Shown here piece after piece: positions 1 to 9,870 of a stretch of 64,000 bases of DNA. A model generated the notes under the pieces. That model did no database searches. It had not been told where the DNA came from and was given only the letters and a program-made list of their open reading frames with translations. The position numbers were made by a program, and so were the translations under genes. Origin of the DNA: Anaeromyxobacteraceae bacterium (lineage in GTDB: Bacteria > Myxococcota > Myxococcia > Myxococcales > Anaeromyxobacteraceae); assembly GCA_047602405.1 (NCBI GenBank), contig JASGHJ010000002.1:544001-608000 (forward strand), given 5' to 3'. Within the stretch, counting starts at the first letter, position 1. Each line of letters begins with the position of its first letter.

Positions 1-438
1 AGCACCGGAACGTGGTGGTGAAGTCGCACCGCGACGGCTACCTCCCCCACGCGGGCGCGGCGGTGAAGGACGACTTCGAGTCCCTGAAGGCCCTCGGCTC
101 GCCCGACCTCGTGCTCACCCATTACCGGGAGGACCGGCACCAGGATCACCGCGTCGTCTCCGACCTCACCTGGAACACGTGGCGGAACCACCTCGTGCTC
201 GAGTACGAGATCCCGAAGTGGGACGGCGACCTCGGCTCGCCGAGCGTCTTCGCCGCGCTGCCGGCGGCGGTGCTCGAGCGGAAGATCGAGCTCCTCATGA
301 AGGCGTTCCCGTCGCAGGCGACGAAGCCGTGGTTCACGCCCGATTCTGTTCCGCGCGCTGCCCCGCATCCGCGGCATGGAGTGCGTCGCGCCGGAGCGGC
401 TCGCCGAGGCGTTCTACTGCCGCAAGGCGATGTTCTAG
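1..438 (+). CDS. PIG-L/LmbE-family deacetylase, 5'-truncated by window edge; +1 frameshift at GATTC 342-346
   Basis: THYREDRHQDH and LEYEIPKWDGDLG motifs. Removing one T at 344/345 restores the family-like C-terminus LFRALPRIRGMEC...AEAFYCRKAMF, stop 436-438. Confidence 0.8.
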
Positions 439-565
439 GCCGTCGCCGCCGACCGCGGCGCGCCCCGCGCCCCCGTTCGGGGCGTCGCGGATGTAGTACC
501 CTCAGTGGAAACCTGCGACCCCCCCAGAACGAACGACGTGCGCCCGCCGGCCTCGCCGGGTCATC

Positions 566-1024
566 ATGCGCTCCTCCATGCTCCAGCGATTGCTCCCAGC
601 GCTCGACGTCGGCCCGGCCGGCGCCGCGCTCCGCATCCTCCTCGGCCTCTCCTTCGCGGTCGTGTTGCCGCGGTTCGCACCCGGGCTCGGCGTCGCGGGC
701 GCCGCGCTCGCCCTCGCCGCGCTGCTCTTCGGCGTGAAGGTGTTCACCGCGGTCGCGCGCCGGTTCGTGGGCGCGGGCCCCGCCGTGAAGGCGGTGTGGG
801 AGCGGCGCCGGATGCTCGCGCGCTACCACGACTCCTACCAGTGGCGGAAGCTGACCTGGCTCGGCGCCGGCATCCTCGCGTCGCTCGCGACCGGGCCCGA
901 GGCCGGGTGGCACGCGCCGCTCGGGGGCGCGTGCCTCGTGGCCGGGGTCGCGGCCGAGGTGGCGTGGCGCATGCTCGGCGTGGCGATGCCCACGCCGCCG
1001 GCCTCGACCGGAGGGTCTCGATGA
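566..1024 (+). CDS. Hypothetical membrane protein (about 4 TM)
   Basis: 152-aa ORF with four hydrophobic stretches and GC3-rich codons; stop overlaps the next ATG (ATGA). Confidence 0.7.
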   Translation: MRSSMLQRLLPALDVGPAGAALRILLGLSFAVVLPRFAPGLGVAGAALALAALLFGVKVFTAVARRFVGAGPAVKAVWERRRMLARYHDSYQWRKLTWLGAGILASLATGPEAGWHAPLGGACLVAGVAAEVAWRMLGVAMPTPPASTGGSR

Positions 1025-2098
1025 GAGCGTCGGCGACGTTGAAGGCGGGCGACTGGGTCGAGGTGAAGAGCGCGGAGGCGATCCGCGCGACCCTCGACGC
1101 GCACGCGCAGCTCGAGGGCATGCCGTTCATGCCCGAGATGGCGCGCTTCTGCGGGCGGCGCTTCCAGGTGGCGTCGCGCGCGCACAAGAGCTGCGACACG
1201 GTCGACTACGTCGGCGGACGCCGGCTCTGGGGCGCGGTCCACCTCGAGGGCCTGCGCTGCGACGGCGAGGCGCACGGTGGCTGCCAGGCGCTCTGCCTCC
1301 TGTTCTGGAAGGAGGGCTGGCTCACGAAGGTGGACGGCCCCGGCGCCGACGCCGCCCGCGGCTTCGACGGCGCCGCGGCGCCGCTCCCGCCGGAGACGGC
1401 GCGGCTCGTCCAGCTCGGCACGCGCAAGGCCGGCGAGCCGGCCGACGCGCCGGACCCGACCTACGTCTGCCAGGCCACGCAGCTGCTCGTCGCCTCGGTG
1501 CCGCTGAAGCGGACCGACGTCCTGCAGTACGTCGAGGACTTCACCTCCGGCAACGTGGGCGTGTGGCGGATGGTCCGCGCCTTCACCTTCCTCGTCTACG
1601 AGACGCTGATCGGCGGCCGCTACGGCCTCGGCGCCCCGCTGCGCGCCCTGTACGAGCTCTGGGCGAAGCTCGTGGGGGCGCCGCCGTACCCGAGCCGCCG
1701 CGGCCTCATCCCGGCGGGGCAGAAGACCCCGCAGCGCAAGCTCGACCTCCAGGCGGGCGAGCTCGTCCGGGTGAAGCGGCTCCCGGACATCCTCGAGACC
1801 GTCGACGAGAACCTCCGCAACCGCGGCATGGGGTTCCACTCCGAGATGGTGCCCTTCACCGGGGCGACCTTCCGGGTCCTCCGGCGCATCGAGAAGCTCG
1901 TCAACGAGAAGACGGGCAAGATGATCGTGATGAAGAACGACGCGGTCATCCTGGAGGGCGCGACCTGCCAGTCGCGGTACATCAACAACTGCCGCCGGTT
2001 CTGCCCGCGCGCGGTCTACCTCTACTTCCGCGAGATTCTGGCTCGAGCGCGTCGAGGAGCCGGCCCGGGACGCCCGCGGCACGGACGCGGCGGCGTAG
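1021..2098 (+). CDS. Hypothetical protein with two internal Cys-containing repeats; +1 frameshift at GATTC 2034-2038
   Basis: Repeat 1 LKAGDWVEVKS...FWKEGWLTKV matches repeat 2 LQAGELVRVKR...YFREIWLERV; the latter end appears only after deleting one T. Corrected stop 2096-2098. Confidence 0.8.
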
Positions 2099-2114
2099 GC
2101 GCGTGGAGGGACCG

Positions 2115-3260
2115 ATGAAGCACGGGGCGGCGAGCGGGGTGGGGGAGCGGGCCGGGAGGCGGGTCCTCCTGGTGTCGATCCGCAAGCTCAACTCGCACGC
2201 GGCGTGGTGCTCGAACTACGAGTTCGAGGACGTGATCGCCGGCGTGGACGACGTGGACGTGCTCGAGCTCGAGCCGGGCGGCTTCCGGCCGCAGCGGCAG
2301 CGCCTCGCCCGCAGCCTGGCCTTCCGCCGGCTCGGGAGCGGGCTGAACCCGGGCGTCGCCCAGGTCGAGGTCGCGCGCGACTACGACCTCATGATCTTCG
2401 TCTGCATGAACGTGTGGGACCTCCTCTACCTGAACGCGCTCCGCGGCTGGCGGGAGCGCTGCCGGGTGAAGGTCTGCTACATGGTCGAGTTCTACACCGG
2501 CCAGGAGACCGAGCTCGCCGGGCTGTTCGGGCTGCTCGAGGGGTTCGACCACGTCACGCAGTCGTTCGCGACGAGCGCGCTCACGGTCGCCCGGGCCTCC
2601 GGCCGGCCCTGCTCGCACGTGGCGCTCGCGGTGGACGCGCTCCGCTTCACGCCCTTCCCGTCGCCCCCGGCGCGGGTGATCGACGTGCTCAGCATCGGCC
2701 GCCGCTCCGAGCCCGCCCACCGCGCGCTGCGCGCGGACGCCCGCGAGCACGGGATTCTCTACCTGCACGACACCATCGCGGGCGCCCACGTGCACCCCAC
2801 GAACCCGGCCGAGCACCGCGAGAACTACGCGAGCCAGGCCCGCCGCGCGCGGCTGTTCGTGACCTACCCGGCGAAGTTCGCCGCCGACGAGAACCGGGGC
2901 CTCTCCGAGGTCGGCGCCCGCTACTACGAGGGGCTCGCCGCGGGCGCGGTCCTCCTCGGCAACGCGCCCGGCTCCCCGGGGTTCCGCGAGGACTTCCCCT
3001 GGGACGACGCGGTCGCCGAGCTCCGGGCCGACGGCTCCGACGCGGCCGCCACGGTGAGCGGCCTCCTCGCGCGTCCGCGGGAGCTCGACCGGCTCGCCCG
3101 GCGGAACGCGATCCACGCGCTCCGCCACCACGACTGGGCCCACCGCTGGAGGGCGATCCTGGCGCTCGCGGGGCTGCCCGTCCGGCCGGCGCTCGAGGCG
3201 CGGCTCGCGCGGCTGGAGGCGCTCGCCCGCGCGGCGGAGGCCAAGGAGGAGGCGGCATGA
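2115..3260 (+). CDS. Glycosyltransferase, CgeB/Glyco_trans_1_2-like
   Basis: GGAGG RBS; C-terminal RYYEGLAAGAVLLG...HDWAHRW motif. Confidence 0.75.
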   Translation: MKHGAASGVGERAGRRVLLVSIRKLNSHAAWCSNYEFEDVIAGVDDVDVLELEPGGFRPQRQRLARSLAFRRLGSGLNPGVAQVEVARDYDLMIFVCMNVWDLLYLNALRGWRERCRVKVCYMVEFYTGQETELAGLFGLLEGFDHVTQSFATSALTVARASGRPCSHVALAVDALRFTPFPSPPARVIDVLSIGRRSEPAHRALRADAREHGILYLHDTIAGAHVHPTNPAEHRENYASQARRARLFVTYPAKFAADENRGLSEVGARYYEGLAAGAVLLGNAPGSPGFREDFPWDDAVAELRADGSDAAATVSGLLARPRELDRLARRNAIHALRHHDWAHRWRAILALAGLPVRPALEARLARLEALARAAEAKEEAA

Positions 3261-4156
3261 AGCGGGTCCTCGTCACCGGCGCGAGCGGGTTCATCGGCCG
3301 CCATACCCTCGCGCCGCTCGTCGCGCGCGGCTTCGACGTCCACGCGGTCGGGCGCACCCGGCCGGCCGGCGCGCCGGCCGGGGTGACCTGGCACGCGGCC
3401 GACCTGCTCGCGCCCGGCGCGGCGGCGGCGCTCGTCGGCGAGGTGAAGCCGACGCACCTGCTCCACCTCGCCTGGTTCGTCGTGCCGGGCAAGCTCATCA
3501 CCGCCCCGGAGAACTTCGAGTGGGTGACCGCGAGCTTCGAGCTCGTGCGGCGCTTCCACGAGGCGGGCGGCACCCGGGTGGCGGTCTGCGGCTCCGGGTA
3601 CGAGTACGACTGGAGCTACGGCTACTGCACCGAGGGGCTGACCCCCTGCGTCCCGGACACCGTCTACGGCGCCTGCAAGCACGCGCTGCACGAGCTCGTG
3701 CGGAGCTACGCGATCGGCAAGTCGCTCAGCTGGGCCTGGCCGCGGGTCTTCTTCCTCTACGGCCCGGGCGAGCACCCGCAGCGGCTGGTCTCGTCGGTGG
3801 CCCGCGCCCTCCTCGCGGGCGAGCCCGCGAAGTCCTCCCACGGCCGCCAGATCCGCGACTACATGCACGTGCAGGACGTGGCCGACGGCCTCGCCGCGGT
3901 CCTCGACGCCGACGTGCAGGGCGCCGTGAACGTCTCGAGCGGCCAGGCCACCACCCTGCGCGAGATCGTCCTCGGCCTCGGCCGCATCACCGGCCGCCCC
4001 GAGCTCGTGCAGCTCGGCGCGCTGCCGGCCCGCGCGAACGACGTCCCGCTCGTCGTCGGCGCGAACGCGAAGGCGGCGGCGCTCGGCTGGGCGCCCCGCT
4101 ACGATCTCGAGGCGGGCCTCGCGCACACCGTCGACTGGTGGCGCGGCCAGGCCTGA
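3257..4156 (+). CDS. NAD-dependent epimerase/dehydratase (NDP-4-keto-sugar reductase-like)
   Basis: VLVTGASGFIG, YGACK (YxxxK) and RDYMHVQDVA. Confidence 0.88.
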   Translation: MKRVLVTGASGFIGRHTLAPLVARGFDVHAVGRTRPAGAPAGVTWHAADLLAPGAAAALVGEVKPTHLLHLAWFVVPGKLITAPENFEWVTASFELVRRFHEAGGTRVAVCGSGYEYDWSYGYCTEGLTPCVPDTVYGACKHALHELVRSYAIGKSLSWAWPRVFFLYGPGEHPQRLVSSVARALLAGEPAKSSHGRQIRDYMHVQDVADGLAAVLDADVQGAVNVSSGQATTLREIVLGLGRITGRPELVQLGALPARANDVPLVVGANAKAAALGWAPRYDLEAGLAHTVDWWRGQA

Positions 4157-4184
4157 CCCGCACCTCCCCGGAGACCAAGATCCC

Positions 4185-5489
4185 ATGAGCGACATCTGCA
4201 TCCTCGGCACCGGCATGGCCGGCTTCGGCGCGGCCCACGCGCTGCGCGAGGCCGGCAAGGGCGCGCTGCTCTTCGACAAGAAGGCCCACATCGGCGGCCA
4301 CACCGCCTCGTACGTCTACGAGGGCGGCCGGTTCACCTTCGACGAGGGGCCGCACGTCTCGTTCACGAAGGACGAGCGGGTGAAGAAGATCCTCGCGGAC
4401 GCCGTGAACGGCGACTACGAGGGCTACGCCACGAAGGTGAACAACCACTGGAAGGGCCACTGGATCAAGCACCCGGCCCAGATCAACCTCCACGGCCTGC
4501 CCCCCGACCTCGTCTCGAAGATCATCGTCGACTACGTGGAGGCGAAGGCGAAGCCGCCCGCGCGGATCGACAACTACGAGCAGTGGCTGCGCGCCTCGTT
4601 CGGGAACACCTTCGCCGAGACGTTCCCGATGGAGTACACGGTCAAGTACCACACGACCACCGCCGCCAACATGTCGACCGACTGGATCGGCCCGCGGCTC
4701 TACCAGGCGAAGCTCGAGGAGATCCTGAAGGGCGCGCTCTCGCCCGCCTCGGCGGACGTCCACTACATCGAGGGCTTCCGCTACCCGCGGCGCGGCGGGT
4801 TCGTCTCCTACCTCCAGAAGTTCATGGATGCGTCCCAGGTGAAGCTGGGCCACGGGCTGAAGTCGATCCACCCGAAGGCGAAGGAGGTCCGGTTCCAGAA
4901 CGGCGCGGTGGTGCCGTACAGCCACCTCATCTCGTCGGTCCCGCTGCCCGACCTCGTGCCGACCATCGAGGGCGCCCCGAAGGACGTGCTCGACGCGGCG
5001 GCCCGCCTCGCCTGCTCGGAGGCGGTCATCGTCAACGTCGTGGTCGACCGCGCCGACCTCATCGACGCGCACTGGACCTACTTCTACGACCGCGACTTCT
5101 TCTTCACCCGCCTCTCGACCCCCCACCTCCAGTCGAAGAACAACGTCCCGCCGGGCTGCGGCTCGATCCAGGCCGAGTGCTACTACTCGCGGAAGTACCG
5201 CCCCCGCGACGTGACCCCCGAGCAGTGCATCGAGCCCGTGGTCCGGGACCTCAAGCGCTGCGGCATCATCCGGGAGACCGACAAGGTCATGTTCACGAAC
5301 GCGATGCACATCGAGTACGCGAACGTGATCTTCGACCTCGAGCGCGCGGCGGCGCTCGCGACCGTCCACGGCTTCCTCGCCGACGTCGGCATCGCCTGGT
5401 GCGGCCGCTACGGCGACTGGGAGTACATCTGGACGGACGAGTCGTTCCTGTCCGGGGAGCGGGCGGCCCGGACCGTGCTCGCCCGCTGA
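4185..5489 (+). CDS. FAD-dependent oxidoreductase (protoporphyrinogen oxidase/UDP-galactopyranose mutase-like)
   Basis: GTGMAG dinucleotide fold, IGGH, FDEGPH, FRYPRRGG and C-terminal GRYGDWEY. Confidence 0.82.
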   Translation: MSDICILGTGMAGFGAAHALREAGKGALLFDKKAHIGGHTASYVYEGGRFTFDEGPHVSFTKDERVKKILADAVNGDYEGYATKVNNHWKGHWIKHPAQINLHGLPPDLVSKIIVDYVEAKAKPPARIDNYEQWLRASFGNTFAETFPMEYTVKYHTTTAANMSTDWIGPRLYQAKLEEILKGALSPASADVHYIEGFRYPRRGGFVSYLQKFMDASQVKLGHGLKSIHPKAKEVRFQNGAVVPYSHLISSVPLPDLVPTIEGAPKDVLDAAARLACSEAVIVNVVVDRADLIDAHWTYFYDRDFFFTRLSTPHLQSKNNVPPGCGSIQAECYYSRKYRPRDVTPEQCIEPVVRDLKRCGIIRETDKVMFTNAMHIEYANVIFDLERAAALATVHGFLADVGIAWCGRYGDWEYIWTDESFLSGERAARTVLAR

Positions 5490-5514
5490 GGGGGCGCGGC
5501 GCCGGCCCTGCCGG

Positions 5515-5541
5515 GAGGCGCCCGCGCCACGCGGGCGCCTC
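5515..5541. terminator. 12-bp GC hairpin between convergent genes, probably a bidirectional terminator
   Basis: GAGGCGCCCGCG-CCA-CGCGGGCGCCTC perfect stem; no U-tract. Confidence 0.5.
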
Positions 5542-5543
5542 GC

Positions 5544-7043
5544 TCAGGAGCGCTTCTTGCGGACCGTGGCGAGCAGGAGCGAGAGATTGCTCCTGCTCAT
5601 CAGGCCGACCACCATCGACGCGGCCGTGAAGAGGGCCACGAGGACCGGGATCCCGATCACGGCGTGCATGGCCGGCAGGTAGCGCCAGGCCACGCCGGAG
5701 AGGATGGCCGCGCCCGCGGCGCGGGCGACGTCCAGGAGCAGGATGGGCCCGAGCGAGCCGCGCGGCAGGAGGTAGACCACCGTCCCGAAGACGATGACCT
5801 CCGAGACCGCGAAGGCCACCACCACGCCGACGCCGCCGTTGCCCTGGTTCGCCTGGAACCAGGGGATCAGCCAGAGCTGCAGGGCCACCGCGGCGACGAC
5901 CGACACGATCTTGCCCATCGCGAACCCGAAGGACTTGCCGGCGGCGGTGATCACGTGGCCGAGGAGGACGTCGGCGAAGAGGAGGAAGAGGCCGACGCCG
6001 AAGACCTGCAGGACGTCCACGGCCGGGCCGAACTTCTGCAGGCCGTAGATGAGGCCGATGGCGAAGTCGGCGAACTCCCAGGTGCCGAGGCCGCCCAGGG
6101 CGCCGAGCCAGAGCATGGGGCGCACCGCGGCGCGCAGCTCGCGCTTGAAGGCGGGGAGGTCGTTGCTGACGCGGGACAGGCGCGGGTACCAGGCCGCGGC
6201 GATGATCATCGCGGGCGAGATGAGCGTGCCCATGATGTTCTTCGCGGCCCCGTACCAGCCGACCACCTCCCGCGGCGCGAGGTGCGAGAGCAGGATCACG
6301 TCCAGGTAGGGCTGCACCGAGACGGTGATCATCATGAGGACGATGGGGGCGCCGCCCACGAGGACCGCCTTCGCGGTGTCGCGGGAGACCTCCAGCTTGC
6401 CGGCGCCCAGGCGGGCGTAGAGCCTCAGCGCGAGGCCGGAGGCGACGAGGCCCGCCACCCCCTGGGCGATCATGACGCCGGGGACGCCCATGCCCGCGCC
6501 CAGCGCCGCGAGGGTGAGCGCGAGCACCACCGCCTTGTTCGCGACCGCGACCAGCGCGTCCTTGCCCATCTGCTCCTTGCCGCGGAAGGCCATGCCGAAG
6601 GCCTGCGCGAGCGAGAAGGGGAGGGAGGCGAGCACGAACAGGCCGGCGAGGACCCCGGTGCCGAGGCCGTAGCCCCAGGCCCAGGTGATGAGCGCGACGG
6701 GGACGACGGCGAGGGCGGCGCCGGCGGCGCGCAGCGCGAGCGAGGTGCCGAGGTAGCGGCCCACGGGCGCGCCGGCGTGGGACATCTCGCGCACGACGAA
6801 GAGGATTCGGCCCCACTCGACGACGATCAGCGTGAACTGCGACGTCGTGAGGAGCAGGAAGTAGAGGCCGAAGTCCGCGGGCCCGAGCTTGCGGCCCAGG
6901 GCCGCGGACAGGAGGACCGCGAGGACCGTCGTCGCCACCTGCCCCAGCACGAGGTTGAGGGCGTTCCTCGCGACCTTCACCCGGGAGTCGTGGTGCTCCT
7001 CGGAGAGCGCCGGGGCGCTCGCATCGGCAGGCGTGCTGGACAT
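5544..7043 (-). CDS. wzx: Wzx-type polysaccharide flippase
   Basis: VARNALNLVLGQ, RKLGPADFGLY, DVILLSHL...VGWYGAA; more than 12 TM segments. Confidence 0.88.
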   Translation of the reverse strand: MSSTPADASAPALSEEHHDSRVKVARNALNLVLGQVATTVLAVLLSAALGRKLGPADFGLYFLLLTTSQFTLIVVEWGRILFVVREMSHAGAPVGRYLGTSLALRAAGAALAVVPVALITWAWGYGLGTGVLAGLFVLASLPFSLAQAFGMAFRGKEQMGKDALVAVANKAVVLALTLAALGAGMGVPGVMIAQGVAGLVASGLALRLYARLGAGKLEVSRDTAKAVLVGGAPIVLMMITVSVQPYLDVILLSHLAPREVVGWYGAAKNIMGTLISPAMIIAAAWYPRLSRVSNDLPAFKRELRAAVRPMLWLGALGGLGTWEFADFAIGLIYGLQKFGPAVDVLQVFGVGLFLLFADVLLGHVITAAGKSFGFAMGKIVSVVAAVALQLWLIPWFQANQGNGGVGVVVAFAVSEVIVFGTVVYLLPRGSLGPILLLDVARAAGAAILSGVAWRYLPAMHAVIGIPVLVALFTAASMVVGLMSRSNLSLLLATVRKKRS

Positions 7044-7191
7044 GGGCCGGGCAGGTGTACCACACGGCCCTCCGCCGGCCCCGTCCCTCGCCCCCACCAC
7101 GCGCAGGTCCCTCCTCACCCGAGGTGCGAGCCGTCCTGGCGGGCGGCGCGCATCCGTGGACCATGGTACGCGCAGGGCGACGCGCCCCGAA

Positions 7192-7206
7192 CGGCACGCC
7201 TGTAGC
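7192..7206 (+). promoter_or_regulatory. Possible sigma-54 -24/-12 promoter upstream of the rmlC-rfbF operon
   Basis: CGGCACG-CCTG-TAGC has GG-N10-GC spacing with one mismatch to TTGC; could be chance in GC-rich DNA. Confidence 0.25.
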
Positions 7207-7302
7207 CGGGCGGTGGGACGTGGGCCGGACGGGGTTTCCGGTATACCTGGGACCTCACGCAACGGGTCGGAGTGGCGCCGCGCGCGGCGGCAGGAGAAGC
7301 CG

Positions 7303-7866
7303 GTGATCTACCAGGAGACCAGCATCGCGGGCGTCTGGGTGGTCGAGCTCGACCGCAAGGCGGACGCGCGCGGCTACTTCGCGCGGGTCTTCTGCCAGGA
7401 CGAGTTCGCGAAGCGCGGCCTCGCGACCGCCGTCGACCAGGTGAACGTCGGCCACAACACGCGGCGGGGCACCCTCCGCGGGGTCCACTTCCAGTACCCG
7501 CCGCACGGCGAGGTGAAGCTCGTGCGCGCCACCCGCGGGGCCGCCCTCGACGTGGCCGTCGACCTCAGGCCCGAGAGCCCGACCTACCTCCGGCACGTCG
7601 CCGTCGAGCTCTCCGCCGAGAACGGCCGGGCGCTCTACATCCCCGAGCGCTGCGGGCACGCCTACCAGACCCTCGAGGACGGCACCGACCTCCTCTACTT
7701 CGCGAGCCGGCCGTGGGCCCCCGGATTCGACGACGGGCTCTCCCCGTTCGATCCGGCGCTCCGGATCGCCTGGCCGCTGCCGGTGACCGAGATCTCGACC
7801 AAGGACCGCGACGCGAGGCCGCTCGAGGAGAAGCGCGCGGAGCTCGAACGCAGGATGCGCAGCTGA
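7303..7866 (+). CDS. rmlC: dTDP-4-dehydrorhamnose 3,5-epimerase family (RmlC-like)
   Basis: AGGAG RBS with GTG start; DARGYFAR, GTLRGVHFQ, KLVRATRG, DVAVDLRPESPT, ISTKD. Confidence 0.9.
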   Translation: MIYQETSIAGVWVVELDRKADARGYFARVFCQDEFAKRGLATAVDQVNVGHNTRRGTLRGVHFQYPPHGEVKLVRATRGAALDVAVDLRPESPTYLRHVAVELSAENGRALYIPERCGHAYQTLEDGTDLLYFASRPWAPGFDDGLSPFDPALRIAWPLPVTEISTKDRDARPLEEKRAELERRMRS

Positions 7867-7919
7867 CCGGCGCCGGCCGCGGCCCCGGCGCGGCGGCGTC
7901 CACTCGAAGGAGCAACGGA

Positions 7920-8726
7920 ATGAAGGTCGTCATCTTCTGCGGTGGGCTGGGCATGCGGCTCCGGGAGTTCTCGGAGTCGATCCCGAAGCCGATGGTCCCG
8001 GTCGGCTACCGGCCGATCCTCTGGCACGTGATGCGCTACTACGCGCACTTCGGGCACAAGGACTTCATCCTGTGCCTCGGCTACAAGGCCGACACCATCA
8101 AGCAGTACTTCCTCGACTACGACGAGACGATCTCGAACGACTTCGTGCTCGCCGAGGGCGGGAAGAAGGTCGAGCTCCTCGGGAGCGACATCCACGACTG
8201 GAAGATCACCTTCGTGGACACGGGCCTGAACTCGAACATCGGCATGCGCCTCAAGGCGGTGCAGAAGTTCCTGGACGGGGAGGAGACGTTCCTCGCGAAC
8301 TACTCCGACGGCCTCACCGACCTCCACCTGCCGACGATGATCGACTACGCGAAGCAGCGGGACGCCACCGCCTGCTTCCTCGGCGTCGCGCCGAACTCGT
8401 CCTTCCACCTCGTGTCCTCGGCGCCCGACGGCACCGTGCAGAACATCCAGCACATCAAGGACATCGGGATGCGGGTGAACGGCGGGTTCTTCGTGCTCAA
8501 GCACGAGATCTTCGACGTCATGAAGGACGGCGAGGAGCTCGTGCAGGAGCCCTTCCAGCGGCTCGCCCACGACCAGAAGCTCGTCGCCTACCCCTACGAC
8601 GGCTTCTGGGCCTGCATGGACACCTTCAAGGAGAAGCAGAGCCTGGAGGACATGTACTCGCGCGGCCAGCCGCCCTGGGAGGTCTGGCGGACGAACGGCA
8701 AGGGCAAGAAGCTGCAGGCGGGCTGA
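7920..8726 (+). CDS. rfbF: Glucose-1-phosphate cytidylyltransferase
   Basis: GGLGMRL...PKPMV, LCLGYK, VDTG, NGGFF, GFWACMDTFKE. Confidence 0.9.
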   Translation: MKVVIFCGGLGMRLREFSESIPKPMVPVGYRPILWHVMRYYAHFGHKDFILCLGYKADTIKQYFLDYDETISNDFVLAEGGKKVELLGSDIHDWKITFVDTGLNSNIGMRLKAVQKFLDGEETFLANYSDGLTDLHLPTMIDYAKQRDATACFLGVAPNSSFHLVSSAPDGTVQNIQHIKDIGMRVNGGFFVLKHEIFDVMKDGEELVQEPFQRLAHDQKLVAYPYDGFWACMDTFKEKQSLEDMYSRGQPPWEVWRTNGKGKKLQAG

Positions 8727-8759
8727 ACCCGCGGACCACGACGAGGGAACGACACCGGA

Positions 8760-9869
8760 ATGGAAACGCTTCAGGAGCTGCTCGAGAAGGACCTGTCGTA
8801 CCTCGCGGATTCGCTGCGCGAGGAGTTCAAGACGATGGAGGGCTCGAACCTCCTCATCACCGGGGGCGGCGGCTTCCTCGGCTACTACCTCGTCCAGTCG
8901 GTGCTGTACTGGAACGAGAAGCGGGCCGCGGCGCCCATCGACCTCACCGTGGTCGAGAACTACAAGCGCGGCGCGCCGGAGTGGCTCCTCGCGCTCCGCT
9001 CGAGGAGGCACTTCCGCATCGTCGAGCACGACGCCTCGAAGCCGCTGCCGGCCGACCTGCCGCCGTTCCAGTGGATCATCCACGCGGCCGGCATCGCCTC
9101 GCCGATCTACTACCGGCAGTTCCCCATCGAGACGATGGACGTGAACATCAACGGCCTGCGCCACCTGCTCGACGGCGCGCGGGCCCGCGCGGGCGGCCGC
9201 GACCCGGTGCGGGGCTTCATGTTCTACTCGTCGAGCGAGATCTACGGCGACCCCGCCCCGGAGATGATCCCGACGCCCGAGGACTACCGCGGCAACGTCT
9301 CCTGCACCGGCCCCCGCGCCTGCTACGACGAGTCGAAGCGCTACGGCGAGACGCTGTGCGTGAACTTCGCCCGCCAGTACGGGCTGCACGTCACCATGGC
9401 CCGGCCGTTCAACAACTACGGCCCCGGCCTCAAGATCACCGACCGGCGCGTGATCCCCGACTTCGCCGGGGACGTGCTCGCCGGGCGCGACATCGTGATG
9501 CTCTCCGACGGGTCGCCGAAGCGGACCTTCTGCTACTCGGCCGACGCCATCGCCGGCTACTACAAGGTCCTCGTGCGCGGCCGCGCCGGCGAGCCGTACA
9601 ACGTCGGCGTCGAGACCCCCGAGATCTCGATGCGCGAGCTCGCCGAGAAGGTGGTCGCGCACGCCCGCGACCTCTACGGCTACAAGGGCAAGGTCGTCCT
9701 GCAGCCGCCGAAGGAGGCGGACTACCTCGTCGACAACCCGCAGCGCCGCTGCCCGATCATCACGAAGGCCCGCACCGAGCTCGGGTACGACCCGCGGATC
9801 GGCATCGACGAGGGCCTGCGCCGCTCGATGGTCTGGTACGGCCACAACCGCGTCGCCCCGGAGGCCTGA
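8760..9869 (+). CDS. NDP-glucuronate decarboxylase-like (UXS-type) SDR
   Basis: TGGGGFLG, HAAGIASP, SSSEIYGDP, GPRACYDESKRYGE, RTFCY. Confidence 0.85.
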   Translation: METLQELLEKDLSYLADSLREEFKTMEGSNLLITGGGGFLGYYLVQSVLYWNEKRAAAPIDLTVVENYKRGAPEWLLALRSRRHFRIVEHDASKPLPADLPPFQWIIHAAGIASPIYYRQFPIETMDVNINGLRHLLDGARARAGGRDPVRGFMFYSSSEIYGDPAPEMIPTPEDYRGNVSCTGPRACYDESKRYGETLCVNFARQYGLHVTMARPFNNYGPGLKITDRRVIPDFAGDVLAGRDIVMLSDGSPKRTFCYSADAIAGYYKVLVRGRAGEPYNVGVETPEISMRELAEKVVAHARDLYGYKGKVVLQPPKEADYLVDNPQRRCPIITKARTELGYDPRIGIDEGLRRSMVWYGHNRVAPEA

Positions 9870-9870
9870 C

